This document shows, piece after piece, positions 1 through 11,849 of a stretch of DNA of 35,848 nt (positions are counted from its first letter, which is position 1; every line of letters starts with the position of its first letter). Below the pieces are notes generated by a model. That model was not told where the DNA came from. It did no database searches and saw only the letters and a list, made by a program, of their open reading frames with translations. The position numbers and the translations under genes were made by a program. Source of the stretch: Toensbergia leucococca. Taxonomy: Eukaryota. The stretch covers positions 1 to 35,848 of the forward strand of contig JALDZS010000221.1 in the NCBI GenBank assembly GCA_022813965.1, written 5' to 3'.

Positions 1-2363
1 GGAAGGCTTTTATCCCGGGGCGGCGCCATCTCTGCAGCACTGACAATCGTCTCTCGGTATGGCACAATGGGCTCACCGGCCTGGATCTCGCATCGTGCAA
101 ATCGCTCTCGTAAATCTTTGAGACACCGCTCAAGATGTAACTCGCCAGCCGTGAGAATTACATGCTCTCCGCTTTCCATTACCTCATACCGAGCACAAGG
201 ATCACTCTGTTCTAGCAATCGCATACCGGCGATCATCTTTCCAAGATCGCTGGGATGAAGTGGCTCTAGAGCAACGCGAACAATGGGCTGACCACCCATA
301 CTTACTCCTGCAAGATTTACACCACCCTCCAATTGACTGCAAAGAGTTCCCGATTTTAAAATATGGCCTTCAAGTCCAGCAATTCCAAAGATAACTCCTG
401 CTGGAACTGATGTTAGAACCTCGAGGCCGCGCCCCATGAGAAGATATAATGCTGTAACGGTGACTCGCTGTGGCTCAGGACTAAGGCGCGGATTAGCAGG
501 CGAGAATTTCGGAGGCAGGACGTAAACAAAGTCTCCAACAGAAAGAGTTCCTGAAAATAACCGCGCGAAACCAATAAGGTGCTCGGGGTCTTCCTGCTGT
601 GCTTCCTCTGGCTTGTCATCTTTATCAACGTCATTGATGCTCGTACTTCCTACTGCCTCCGTAATACTATTCAAGTCGTCTGAGATTCGGTCATCTATAG
701 CCACTTGCGCTTTTGCAATCTCTGCTCTTTTCTTTTTTGCCATTTCTCGTGCTTCTTCGGCACTCAAAATGCTTCCTCCCTTGCGTTTGTTTTCTGGTAG
801 TTCGCTTGCTGGAATGGAAACCATTTTACTAACGTAAGCCACTACCGGGTCACTTGTAGACGTCTTGAAATACACCATGGCATTGCGGACAGCTGGAGCA
901 ACATATTCGGCGCCAGGAGAAGCATCTATCAAAGCTGGAAGACGGCTGGCTTGTGCGATCGGCGGCGCTGGTAAGTGCTCAATAACAGAGACAAGGACAG
1001 CTTTGGAGAGGGGTAGCCAAGCAGCAAAGAGGGTGGTTAATATGGCGCGTGTGTCTCTTGAGCGAAGGATGTGAGGAGGTACCGTTACGGAGAGAGACTT
1101 GGTGATTTTCTCTACCATAATGGGATCACTACGCAAAAGATGTTGAATGAGCAAGATCGACGTCTTAGAACAAGACTAGAATGATAGATAAGATGACAAG
1201 TTTACGCACCCCTTTCCTTTACTGCCCCCTGTAGTAGCTTCATAGACAGCCCAGATATTGTCTAGAACCAACTGAACGAACATCGGCTTCAAAGCTCTAC
1301 CTTTGAGATGCTTTGGCCCGAGCACTCGTTTGGTTTTGGGATCTAGGTAAAAATCTCCCCATAGGACCTTTTCGAGTATGGAACGTTTAATGCCCAGTTT
1401 TTTCTCGTAGAAAGAAGCGAACTGCCGAACAGTAAATGCCCAGCCATCAACAGCACTGCTAAAAATGACGTTGTTCTTTTCGGGAGCAAAGTAAAGGTCC
1501 TCATCGTCTTTCTCTTCAAAGTCTCCATTGGTGCTGCTCGTGGCAATACTCTCAACGTCTTCCGATGCCGTTCCGTTGGCAGCATCCGCAACATTACGTT
1601 TGATTTTCTCTAAGCCTTTCGCTGCGGCAGCGGCAACACGCTCCTCTACTCGTTCTCGCCATTGGAGGTCCTCTTCCATCCTTTCACCTTGAAAGAAACT
1701 ACCGATGACTGCATTGACTTGTTCTAGCAATTTGCTTAAATGGGTGTAGGCTTCTCCTGGACTCATTTTCCATTCAGAGATCAGCCGATCAACTTTATTA
1801 ATAACAAGAAGCGGTTGTAAATGCTCAGTCCACGTCTGGCGAAGCACAGTAACGGTCTGGCTGCATACGCCTTCGACTGCATCCACAAGGACTAGAGCAC
1901 CATCACATAACCTTGAGGCTGTCGAGACTTCGCTACTGAAATCAATATGTCCAGGAGAGTCAATCAAATTAACCAGGTAGTCCTTCTGCTCGGCTTCAGC
2001 TTCAGGGGTTGAGCGTCGTAGCATGGAGAAGTAGAGTGAGATAGCCGAGGATTCCATGGTAATGCCTCGTAGTTGCTCATCAGGCCTGGAATCCAGGTAG
2101 CGGATCTTGCCTGCAAGCTTGGGAGATATAATGCCATTGGTGGCGATAAGGGCGTCTGTGAGAGAAGTTTTGCCATGATCCTAGCGACTTAGACGGCGTA
2201 TCACTAAAAAGTAATGATAGTAGACTCACGACATGGGCAAGGATACAGATCTAGGCATTTCATCAGATTTTGCTTGACTTGATGATAACGGCGTACGCAC
2301 ATTTCTAATTTCATTGGCATTACGTTGCAGTCCAACGAGTTTTTCTGGATTGACAACAGGCAT
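1..2363 (-). CDS. RIA1: Elongation factor-like GTPase Ria1/Efl1 (60S maturation), 5' part; runs off the window start. Exons ~2363-2301, 2250-2230, 2180-1210, 1128-<1
   Basis: Spliced translation MPVVNPEKLVGLQRNANEIRN/ICILAHV/DHGKTSLTDALIATNGIISPKLAGKIRYLDSRPDEQLRGITMESSAISL...LIDSPGHIDFSSEV...INKVD gives the EF2-family G1-G4 motifs. All three introns are GT..AG. Confidence 0.95.
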
Positions 2364-3024
2364 TCTCACACAGAATTGAAATCACGCTACTAGAAGGAAA
2401 TGAAGGCTCTGAATATAGAAAAGAGATGGCAGGAGTTATGCATGTTATTGGGTCTAAATAGAGGGTGTGATGGAAAAATAAAGACTCCTAGATGAGTCAA
2501 GCGGCATTCATTCAAACGGCCACACTAGAATACGCGTGCAGGTAGCAAATTAGTACGTAAACAATATAACTGGAAGGATGAATAGAAAACGTTTGTTGTG
2601 ATGGTTTACTAGACTGTGTTTCGAGCTATTGGCATCATATTGCTCAAAAGTCTTCAAAAATTAGTGGAGCATGGGCTGTTTCAGGCAGAAAATGACCTTC
2701 TGTATCGACTAAAGCTGCCCCTGTAGAATAGGCTGGGGGCCGGAGGCTGGAACGTGCAAGGCCTAGAAAAGGCGGGGAACGGGAAATGTCGCGAAGTCGC
2801 CTACAGAAACGTCAATGGCGCTGGTGGAATTGGTGGAACTGGTGCAAAGGAAGAAGCCATCAACGTCACATTCACGTCTGTGTTTACTGATGTTTATATC
2901 AACATTGCTGAAACATGCTGCTCTTCACTCATTTCCTAAAAGTCTTTTACTAAAGTCTTTCGATTTCCCACCTTCCGATATATGATACACTCAGAGCAGT
3001 CCAAGATCTGTACAAAGTCTCACA

Positions 3025-4410
3025 ATGGCAGACATCCAAGCTTCACCACAACAAAACATCCAAATCTCACTGTCAAAACAAATTTCTCCACGCGATGAGA
3101 CAGTATTGCCTCCTCCCGCGTCACTTTCCTTGTCCTCCGCTGCTGCAATACGAACTGGCCAATCCCATCTTGATACTTTCTCTCCAGTAAATCAGAACGG
3201 CAGCTTTGAGTTTGATCGAGTCCTCAAAAGTGGAGAAGTATACAAGCGTACTCGCAAAACGAGGGTAAGCCATGTCTAGTATTCGTACAATCAGCCTTTT
3301 CCCACTGACGTGCTGCCAACCTACAGCAATGGAAGAAATATTTCCTGGTCCTTCGTCCCAATTTACTTTCCGTCTACAAAAGCGCCTCCGAAGAGCGTCT
3401 CCTAAAGCAGATTAGTCTTTCCGAGCTCACTGCGGTTGCATACCTCAAGGATCCTAAACGTCGACGGGACCATATGTTCGGTTTATTCTCCCCTTCCCGG
3501 AACTTCCACCTGCAAGCCAAAGACGCTCAAGATACTCGGACATGGGTCGAGCTCATCAAGCGTGAGGCAAGGATTGACGAGGAAGAGCATGAAATGTTAG
3601 TTGGCAGCCCAACGACCAACGAAGGACCCTATCACCGAGTTGAGGGTGTCGCACGTGAAGGTGAAGATCGTGATCGATGGGAGCAAGAGCGTATGACGTC
3701 GAGTTCGCCTGAGCTTGTGGATCTGCCATCGCGGATCTCCACCACACGCGATGGCGTGAAGATACCTGGAATACAGAAACTGTCCACGCACGATCTGGAT
3801 TATTCAGGCAATGACCCGGGATCATACTCGGACTTTTCCGACACTCCCATTTCGCAATCTCACGCCCCACAATCGTCTGCCTCCCTTCCTCAGCAAAGAT
3901 TTCGAAGAACCTCCGAAGCCAATGTAGTAACAGACGTGCTCAACGCCAATCAGCCCTTGCCAGAAACGCCAAGTGCCACCCAACCCAGCGGTCTTCATAC
4001 AGATCAAGATGACGAGCGTGTGGTGTGGCACGGCTATCTTTTATGCTTGAAAACAAAAGGCGGAGTGAGACAGTGGAAGAGATTATGGACTGTGCTTCGA
4101 CCCAAGAATCTGGCATTCTACAAAAACGAAGAAGTAATTAATCCTCAAACCTCTGTCGTGAAGAACGTAGCTGATTGAAGTCCAGGAGTACGCAGCAAAG
4201 CTCATCATCCCGCTCTCAAACATCATCAGCGCCGTCGAGATCGATCCCGTTTCTAAAAGTAAATCTAATTGCATGCAGATCATTGTCGAAGAGGAAAGCT
4301 ATAAGTTCTGCGCACCTAGCGAGGATGCTTTGGCAAAATGGCTTGGCGCTCTGAAAAGTCAGCTTGCACGGAAGAAAGAAGCCAATCTCCGAAAGGCCAA
4401 TGCTATTTAG
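3025..4410 (+). CDS. Tandem PH-domain protein (Opy1-like). Exons 3025-3264, 3327-4133, 4186-4410
   Basis: Two PH domains, FDRVLKSGEVYKRTRKTR/QWKKYFLVLRPNLLSVYK...WVELI and VVWHGYLLCLKTKGGVRQWKRLWTVLRPKNLAFYKNEE/EYAAKLIIPL...KWLGALK, joined by a Ser/Pro-rich linker. Introns GTAAGC..CAG and GTAATT..CAG restore the frame; stop TAG at 4408-4410. Confidence 0.9.
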
Positions 4411-5899
4411 TTTGCCATTGATTACAAGATCAGCCTGGATCGGGGAACTCGATCGATCTAGATATACGGAAACGGTGGGTAACGATGTTTGTCTGAATCT
4501 TCATTTCCTTCCCTTTACTTCAAGATACCCCCTTTACTCTTTGGCGCCACTAAAAGCATTTCTCGTTCACGGTTCAATGATGGAATGATAGAATGAATAA
4601 TATGACTTCTTTTGTGTGCTGATGAGCCACGAAGACAACACATGCAACGGCCGAACGCATCCAAGAGTAAACTCGCTACCTACCTTAAATCTCTAGCCAA
4701 GCTGAAAATTAGACGCTAGCGAAGATTGAATCGATCTCATAGGTACTTACAAAAGCACATGCTATTCTTCCTCCTCCTCCTCCCCCTCCTCCTTACTCAT
4801 ACAATCCTTCACTTTACCTCCAGAAAACCAACTCTCAACACGGAAAACATTGTAAAGCAGACTGCCCACGAATTCTCAACCTTTACCGGCCAGAAAAGAG
4901 ACTCAAAAAACTCCTCCATTGACACTAACACGTTGAATAAGGGGCATTAAAGATGTTTCAGATTAAGAAGGGTGTAGAGGATTTGTTATTGCCAATGTCT
5001 TGAGTCCAGTAGCTTTCAAGGCCTACATCTGAGTGAGACTCTACAATGGCGAAGGATATAGTGAATATCCTCAATACCGTCAAAGCTGAAAGATTGACCA
5101 ACGGGACCTCCAACGCTTTCTTTTTCACCACTGGTACTCACCTCTAGAACTACATGAGACTGAAAACCTGCAGGTTATTCAACGAATCGCCTGCTAGAGC
5201 TTGTTGTAAGAGTCTTCTGAAGTAGGCCCTAATAGGCTGAGTTTGACTCCATACTTTCAAACTAATTACTTTTGCTCTTCTCCCCTCTACTATCTTGTTT
5301 CTTCCAATCGACCCCTCGCAGTTCAATCACAGAAATGGCCAAACTTTTTGAAGAATCATTTTCTCGCAAACCCCCAAAATTCAAGGGCTTTTTTCAGTAC
5401 AAAGATATGTCAAAGCAGGGAACTGTTTCAAGTCAAAACCGGCGCGATCTAGAGATTTCGCTGAAAGCCGAGAAATCTCTAAAGCTTATTTTGTTTCCGC
5501 TCTCAACAGACACAACCATCTACAAGTACTATGAAAGACGTGGTGAAAGCAAAATCACAACTGATGGCAGGGAAGAATACGAAAAAGATATTCTCACAGC
5601 TCTAAGAACATTGCTGGAGCACATAAGATATTGATGAAGCTCGTATACCCGCTGCCCTTCCCAAATTCGCCCTCTCAACCTTCATGAAAATGGGATTAAC
5701 GCACGTCACCGGGTCCTCGCACTGTACGCCTCTCAGCAAAGCTACCAAAAATTCCTGATTTCAGTCCTTTGTGAATACGGCACTAACATAACAAAACGTG
5801 GAAAGGGCACCCATCTCTGTGGGGTTTGTTCATCTGCTTTATTTGCTTGTTGCCCTCATCTAATGCTAGAGAAGGGACTCCCAAAAAGTTTTTAGGAAG

Positions 5900-6140
5900 A
5901 AGCTCTTTGAAGCAAATACAACGAATTTGGCATGGTGGGAACCTCCGCAAGTACGTCTCATCTGGTTCTCAATTATGTCAGCAGTCTTTTAACAAGGAGG
6001 AACAGACCATCGTTCAAAGCGAAGTGATTTGCTACGTTATCATGGCCTCAGTAGAGGAGGTGGAGGCAGTGATGACTGACCTCCACGGCACCGACCTCGA
6101 GGGTAAGACCCTCAAGTTTAGGCAATACAGATGCCGAGCA
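5900..6140 (+). pseudogene. Degenerate RRM (RNA recognition motif) fragment followed by a K/E/R-rich tail
   Basis: RIWHGGNL (RNP2-like) ... ICYVIMASVEEVEAVMTDLHGTDLEGKTLKF (RNP1 plus helix 2 and beta-4 pattern) within ORF 5826..6458. Confidence 0.55.
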
Positions 6141-6619
6141 AAAAGGGAATGCATTTCTCTTCACAATTCACCCTCGGTCTGCACCAGTGAGAGACGACGA
6201 GCGCAAGATAACAAGTTCAAAGAAAGGCACAGAAAAAAGAAGGTTGAAGGAGAAGGGCGATCAAGGAGAACCAAAGACTTGAGGAGTTTCCCAAAGGAGG
6301 AGGGTGCTAAGAGTACTGAGGTTTGTACCACACAGATTAAGATTACCTTTGGCTCAAGGAAGATGGAGCAGTACAAGTGTATCAAAATCTTCGTCCTTCT
6401 CAAAGACCCACATAGGGTGACAAGGGCGTGGTCACTTATGAAGTCATATCATTTATGACTTGGGATCTGTCTGTACCAAGAACATTTCAATCTGTTAACT
6501 CAAGACTAATCCATCACCTCAAGCGCTCGCCGATAGAGATCCTGCTGGGAGTAGATCCAGCGCCACTCCAAGCTCTGGCCCGGTCCGCTCCATCGGACAC
6601 TGAGGTAGTTGGATTGATC

Positions 6620-6800
6620 CAACACTTGGACGATGTGAAGAATCACATTCACCTGCCCAGAGGTGGTTGTACTAAAGGGTCCGATAGAATCCATAGCCAA
6701 CAGTTGGAATGGTCGTACCACGATGACAGGGGAAAGCGGTTCTGATGAGATCATTGTTACTCTCATATCTACACAACACATACGCGGCACCTGCAATAAG
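6620..6800 (-). mobile_element. Ty3/Gypsy-type integrase relic (start of the rve core)
   Basis: PLSPVIVVRPFQLLAMDSIGPFSTTTSGQVNVILHIV resembles the PF..(L/I)(G/A)MD(F)IGP(L)P.T..G..YIL motif at the first catalytic Asp. Confidence 0.6.
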
Positions 6801-7721
6801 GTCCCTAGTCTGATAGGTTGTGAAACCTTCATATGTTGAGTCAGCACTGACGCATATTCAAGTCACCTCTTGAACATCATGCTGTCAAAGAAGAATATAT
6901 GATATGAGCCGCGAAGTGTTCTGAATCTTTCCTCTGATCATCAAGACTTTCTAAAATTTGACTGGTCAAATGTCATATTACTGGACCTTGGCTCCCTTTG
7001 AATCTCAAGATACATTTTCTTTTCTCAACTCAACCCCCATAACATTCAATCATGCCTTTCAAAGCTCAACCCCTTTTTCTGTCAGCTCTCTTCATGACAA
7101 TGCAGCAGGTCAATGCTGTCTATGATTCTATTGACTCTGAGAGAAATTCTGAGTGCTGCCCCTTTGAAATTCTCTAAAAGTTTTACTAGAAAGATAAGAC
7201 AGAGGTGTTGCGCTAATAATGTCGTTTCATAGAATTCCTCAAAAATCCGGGTGGAGAACCCGCAGGGAAGATGGCTCGAACAAGCAGACAGCAAGTGGCT
7301 CAATAACACCCCGACCATACGCAGCATGCAAAAAGACTCCTACTTGAACAGAGCTACTCAGGGCAATGTAATCAAGGTGTAAATTATTAAAGATGATAAG
7401 AACATGAGTTTCAGTATGAATGGTTTGAGGTGGTCACTGGGCCAAGGAATCTAGCTCAAAGGTTTTAACAGACACCTTTTCATCGTTGTGATTCTTTGAC
7501 ACACATAAAGGGTGCCTGGGATCTGAAATGATAGGCTGAGATGAGAGTTCTGATGCAAAAATAAGTTGTCAAAAACTAGGAGAAATTACAATCAGCCAAA
7601 AGCAACTGTTTCTCTTGGTTAATCAATTTCACAAATAACGCCTCCCGGAATGGATTTGAATAGAAACACCATGACAGACTCGCATTCCAAGAACGATTTC
7701 GATAAAAACCGTTAATAAGGT

Positions 7722-7928
7722 GTGACGACAATATTCACAAGGACTTTTCAAGCCGACATTGAAGTATTTGAGAAGAAGCAGTGTTTGAATCCTTTCGCGC
7801 TGGAAGTCAAGTACTGCCTCAACTTCGTACAGATCTACTACTATCAAGATGGTAACGGGCATCTCAATGCCATCATTTACAAATATGCGGGTGTTGTGGT
7901 ACCCTTAGGAGAGCACGAGGAGGAGTAG
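7722..7928 (+). pseudogene. Degenerate Fic/Fido-domain fragment
   Basis: NPFALEVKYCLNFVQIYYYQDGNGH-LNAIIYKYAGVVVPLGE resembles fungal Fic DPF.LAAKYC..FV.IHPF.DGNGR....LNAIL.KYAG.VV.IG. The catalytic HPF is destroyed and residues after DGNG are missing. Confidence 0.6.
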
Positions 7929-8384
7929 GATAGCGAGAATCAAGCAACGAGGCTCAAGAGACAGTAGCATGAGCATCTGGACCCGGCAACCCTATGGCCG
8001 CCCTCTACCTGAAGCATAGGTCGTACCACCAAATATGGAGACTACACGTGACTGCCCAGGAGTAAAATAAAATGCCAAAAAAAAAGAGTTGACTAACCCA
8101 CCTACCTACACTTTACACAAGAATGTGAACGCTTTGAATGAGAATTAGCTAGAAAATTTAATTCAAGGAAGGATTCATGACATAGGCTTCCCAGCCAGCA
8201 ACACTGATGTCTGATGAAAATGCGACAAACAACGAATTTGCTGTGATCAGAATATAAATTGCAAGCTTCTCAGCGGGCATTGCTTCCTCATGTGGACTTG
8301 TACTGTTGTATTCACGTGCTGGTTTTCTTTTTAGTCTTTCATCTATCTGAAATTCGATTCATGAAGAATGGTAGGAACCGTTGA

Positions 8385-8995
8385 CGGACATATTCGAAAA
8401 TACGGGGCCGACTGAAGTGATACTATTCAGACCCTCACTAGATAACATCACCTTGGATATGCTTGACGAGCATACTTGAAATTTATTACTGGAAGAAGCA
8501 CAACGGAAAATCCTGGAAGAGTCCTCACCGAAAGACGTTGACCTGTTCAACCTTGAATACCTCAACCATGTGTACACCGTAGGACACCTGATTAAATATC
8601 TACATCCTGTGGCCCGCTTTTCGATCAAGAACGGAGGACCAACCGGCGGTCTCCCCGCAGAACCACGACCTACCTTGCCAAACAAACCGTTCACAGATCC
8701 AGAGCTAATCAAGCTGAGATGCGGATTCGCAACTGACTCAGCAGACGTCAAATCTTGGGCAAAGTCTCGCGCCATCAAAACCGTAGCCGGCAAAGACGTC
8801 TACCTCATCATCTCAGACGCTAAAGAAGAAGTTGACTTCGCAGCCGCAGATATCAAGGAAACACCAGGCATGAGGTACAACATAAAAGACTCGTTCGGCT
8901 CATTAATTAACGATAGAAATGTCTCCTACGCTCAAGAGTTTTATCATAAGGAGGATATACAAGTCATGGCAAATGAGGCTGCAAAGAAGTACTGA
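8385..8995 (+). pseudogene. Interrupted coding-like frame of unknown family
   Basis: ORF 8570..8995 extends upstream in frame (DIFENTGPTEVILFRPSLDNITLDMLDEHT*NLLLEEAQRK) through a TGA; composition is protein-like. Confidence 0.35.
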
Positions 8996-10741
8996 GAGTG
9001 AAAGCGCCATACACATACCCTTTATAAACTGGAATGTGAAGCATACGTTGTTGCCCGGAAAGTATGGGCCTTCGAACACAGTAGGTTAATTTAGCATTGT
9101 TTACGGAGTACATGGCAACTCATTCACTCATAACGAACTTCCACACCTCACTTCCTCATCTTCTGATCAACAACCTCCCCTCCATCAATAACCACGAAGT
9201 TATCTTCGATCACTATCGATGACAACACGGCTGAGAGTTTCAATTCGAGCAGGATAGCGAAGTAGTGATGCACAACACGATTTTCTTTTCAGAACTACAA
9301 TCGTGATCGTGTCACCCTCATTTCTTCACCAACATAGTTTCGCCTCAGATCACCTCATCGCAACTTCAACAGGATTCAATTAAATACTATCCCAAGCATC
9401 AAAGGAAGGATGAATAGATCAAGATTCCCGCATCACGCCAACCACCGCTATGAATCACCACATCAAGAGTATCTCTTTAGTTGTGATCATTGATCGGGAA
9501 CCTCATGATACACGCCGGGTTCACAGCAATCAATCAACTGTTACCTGAGGCCAAATATCGCGAGAAACTACTAGCCATGGAAACCACTTCAACAAGCAAG
9601 GATGCACAACCAGCCGCGAAGCTACCCAAACTCAAGCGAAAGAGAGTTAGGGCTTCATCGGGCCTTGAACGAAAATCCAAGCCATCGGATGAAGAAACCA
9701 AGGTCGCGAACTACATCACCTACAGACCACTGTTTGCTCTTTGTGATAAAGATGAGAAGGGAGTGTCAATTAAGGCATCCAGGAGCGAAGCAGTTGACCC
9801 GTGGCATTATGAGAACTACAAGATTGCACGTCGCCTTATCGAATTGACACTTCTTTTAGTATAGTCACCGCATCAGTGACACTTAAAGTTATCAAGAATT
9901 CGTGAAGAGCAGCTTTGTAGCCCACAATCTCCCCTATTTAGTATTGTCACAACGGTATCTCAAGCATTGTTCTCCTATCTTGTAGTGAACCCTACCAAAC
10001 CGCCTACCTATTTCTCTTGTGTGCCTGATGCCGTTTATCCCGTCAAGTCATTACCTCACTTTTTGCCTCATACATTCTATTCCTTGGCTCCACGGTATCA
10101 AGACTACGAGCTTTTGCTGGAATGAACTTTTTACCGTCCTCTTGGCCATGGTCTGCTCTTTCACCATGGCATGGGCACGTTCAATATTGGGGAGACAAAC
10201 CCCTGTGAAAGCACAAATGAAACGTACGTCGGACATGCTAGCATACGAGACGTCACTAACCACTGCATCCCACAACAAATCGATAACCATCAAATCCGAA
10301 AAAGTTGCTGGTGCAGCTACGAATCCCGACGAGCAAGCCGAGCTCACGCAACCATCGGTATGTCGCTCAGCTACAAACAGAACTTCCTTCTTTAATGAAT
10401 CTCACTGATCTCACCGAAAGCGGCTATGTGTCATTCTTGTTTGAAATATTCCTTTTCCTTCCCACGATCAAGCCCCAGACGCCGCAGAAGCTCTTATGCA
10501 TCAGATCGTTATACCTTTACCGTGTCCTTTGGAGTGAGAGAATTCAAGGAATCGAAAATAAAGATTCGAGATATGAATTCCTTTCGAGAGAGCAGATAAC
10601 GGTCTCATTTTTTATGTTAATAACCTTATAGGCGAAAGACGTCTCGTTATCCCGTGGAACTGTGAGAAGGAAATCTTTCCAACGGCGCACTATAATCAAG
10701 GTCACCCTGAATACGGCAGACTTTATGGAAAAAGCTGTCAT

Positions 10742-11750
10742 TCATGATATATCCGCGGGTTACACAAGTCCTTGAAGGAATTTTGAAGAAATTTTTGATA
10801 ATACTATGACGGCTACTTGCAAATTCAGCAAGCGGGTGCCGTTAATCCTTGAAAGGTTCAAATGGTCAGCTGAAGACTGAGCAATAGCCTATCTACCCTC
10901 ATCAAGGCAGAGTGAGGCCTGCCGCTGATGATCATATCTGACCGGGACCGGAAATTCCTAAGTTTATTCTGGACCGCATTGTTTGAATCAAGGCTCCCAA
11001 TAATTGATCGACTAAATAGCCGACGGCTATTAGTCTAGATTAGTCGATTGTTAAATAGTCGATCTGATTCTTGATTTTGGTAGTCGATTATCGGTAGGAC
11101 TAATAGTCGACTGATTATTTTCATGATTCTTTGAGGGGGTGTTTTTGGAATGTAAACACCCTAAATGGGCCTAATTTTAGCCTGAATAGGCTTAGTTTAA
11201 CCCTGAAATCTGAATTTTCGCTCCACCATTTATCGTCGCTACCAAATATTCGTCCATTTTCATCAACAACCATGGATAGCGATACTGGTTCAGACCTATC
11301 TACTACTCCTCTGGTATAAGAATGTTTAAAGAGTTGGTTCCGACTTGGTATATTTACAGAGGAGGATCTTCATACCATTGTATCAGATTTTGGTGACGAT
11401 GAGGGTATAATGGGCACCGACTAATAGTTGAAATAATTGGACTATTAGTCGACTGATTCTGATTTAGGATCGACTACCAACTATTAATTATATGGTAAAA
11501 AATCCGATTCTTGCCTCAGAATTAATTATCTCAATTATTGGGAGCCTTGGTTTGAATGATTAGGGGTAAAATTGATACAGCACAGCCTATCACTATGATC
11601 GCCGGCACCAACCTATGGACCTAGTGGTAGGAGACTACGTACAAATAGTCCTACACAAAGGATATTCTCTGGACACGCCGGGGGCAAGACGACAGAAACT
11701 CGGAATGCAAACTACAGGACCTTTTAAGATCAACGAGAAAATAAGACGCG
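10742..11750 (+). mobile_element. Ty3/Gypsy LTR-retrotransposon integrase relic, internally deleted and split by a hAT insertion
   Basis: S*YIRGLHKSLKEF (Zn-binding region) ... FDNTMTATCKFSKRVPLILERFKWSAED*AIA ... AE*GLPLMIISDRDRKFLSLFWTALFE [hAT] *LGVKL/YSTAYH/YDRRHQPMDLVVGDYVQIVLHKGYSL...KLGMQTTGPFKINEKI (GPF motif). Confidence 0.9.
10989..11549 (+). mobile_element. Non-autonomous hAT DNA transposon (MITE-like deletion derivative), 561 bp
   Basis: Perfect 19-bp TIRs CAAGGCTCCCAATAATTGA (10989-11007) and TCAATTATTGGGAGCCTTG (11531-11549). 8-bp TSD GTTTGAAT (10981-10988, 11550-11557). Subterminal TAGTCGA/TCGACTA repeats. Residual transposase C-terminus ECLKSWFRLGIFTEEDL. Confidence 0.93.
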
Positions 11751-11849
11751 GGTTTTTGACGATTACTATTTCAGATGCATCTTTTGAGTCAATGTATTCT
11801 CAAGATAGCGGCTGCTTTGGTTTAGAATGACTTCTTACTCTCTCAATTA

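Noticed and set aside
2460..2665. PAC/RRPE ribosome-biogenesis motifs upstream of RIA1
   Set aside because: Only partial matches (GATGAG, GAAAAAT), too short to support.
8700..8745. Starship captain (DUF3435 tyrosine recombinase)
   Set aside because: Only a faint LRxG resemblance; other catalytic motifs and the expected position at the island edge are lacking.
11007..11480. CRISPR-like repeat array
   Set aside because: Eukaryotic DNA; 7-bp motifs with irregular spacing are explained as hAT subterminal repeats.
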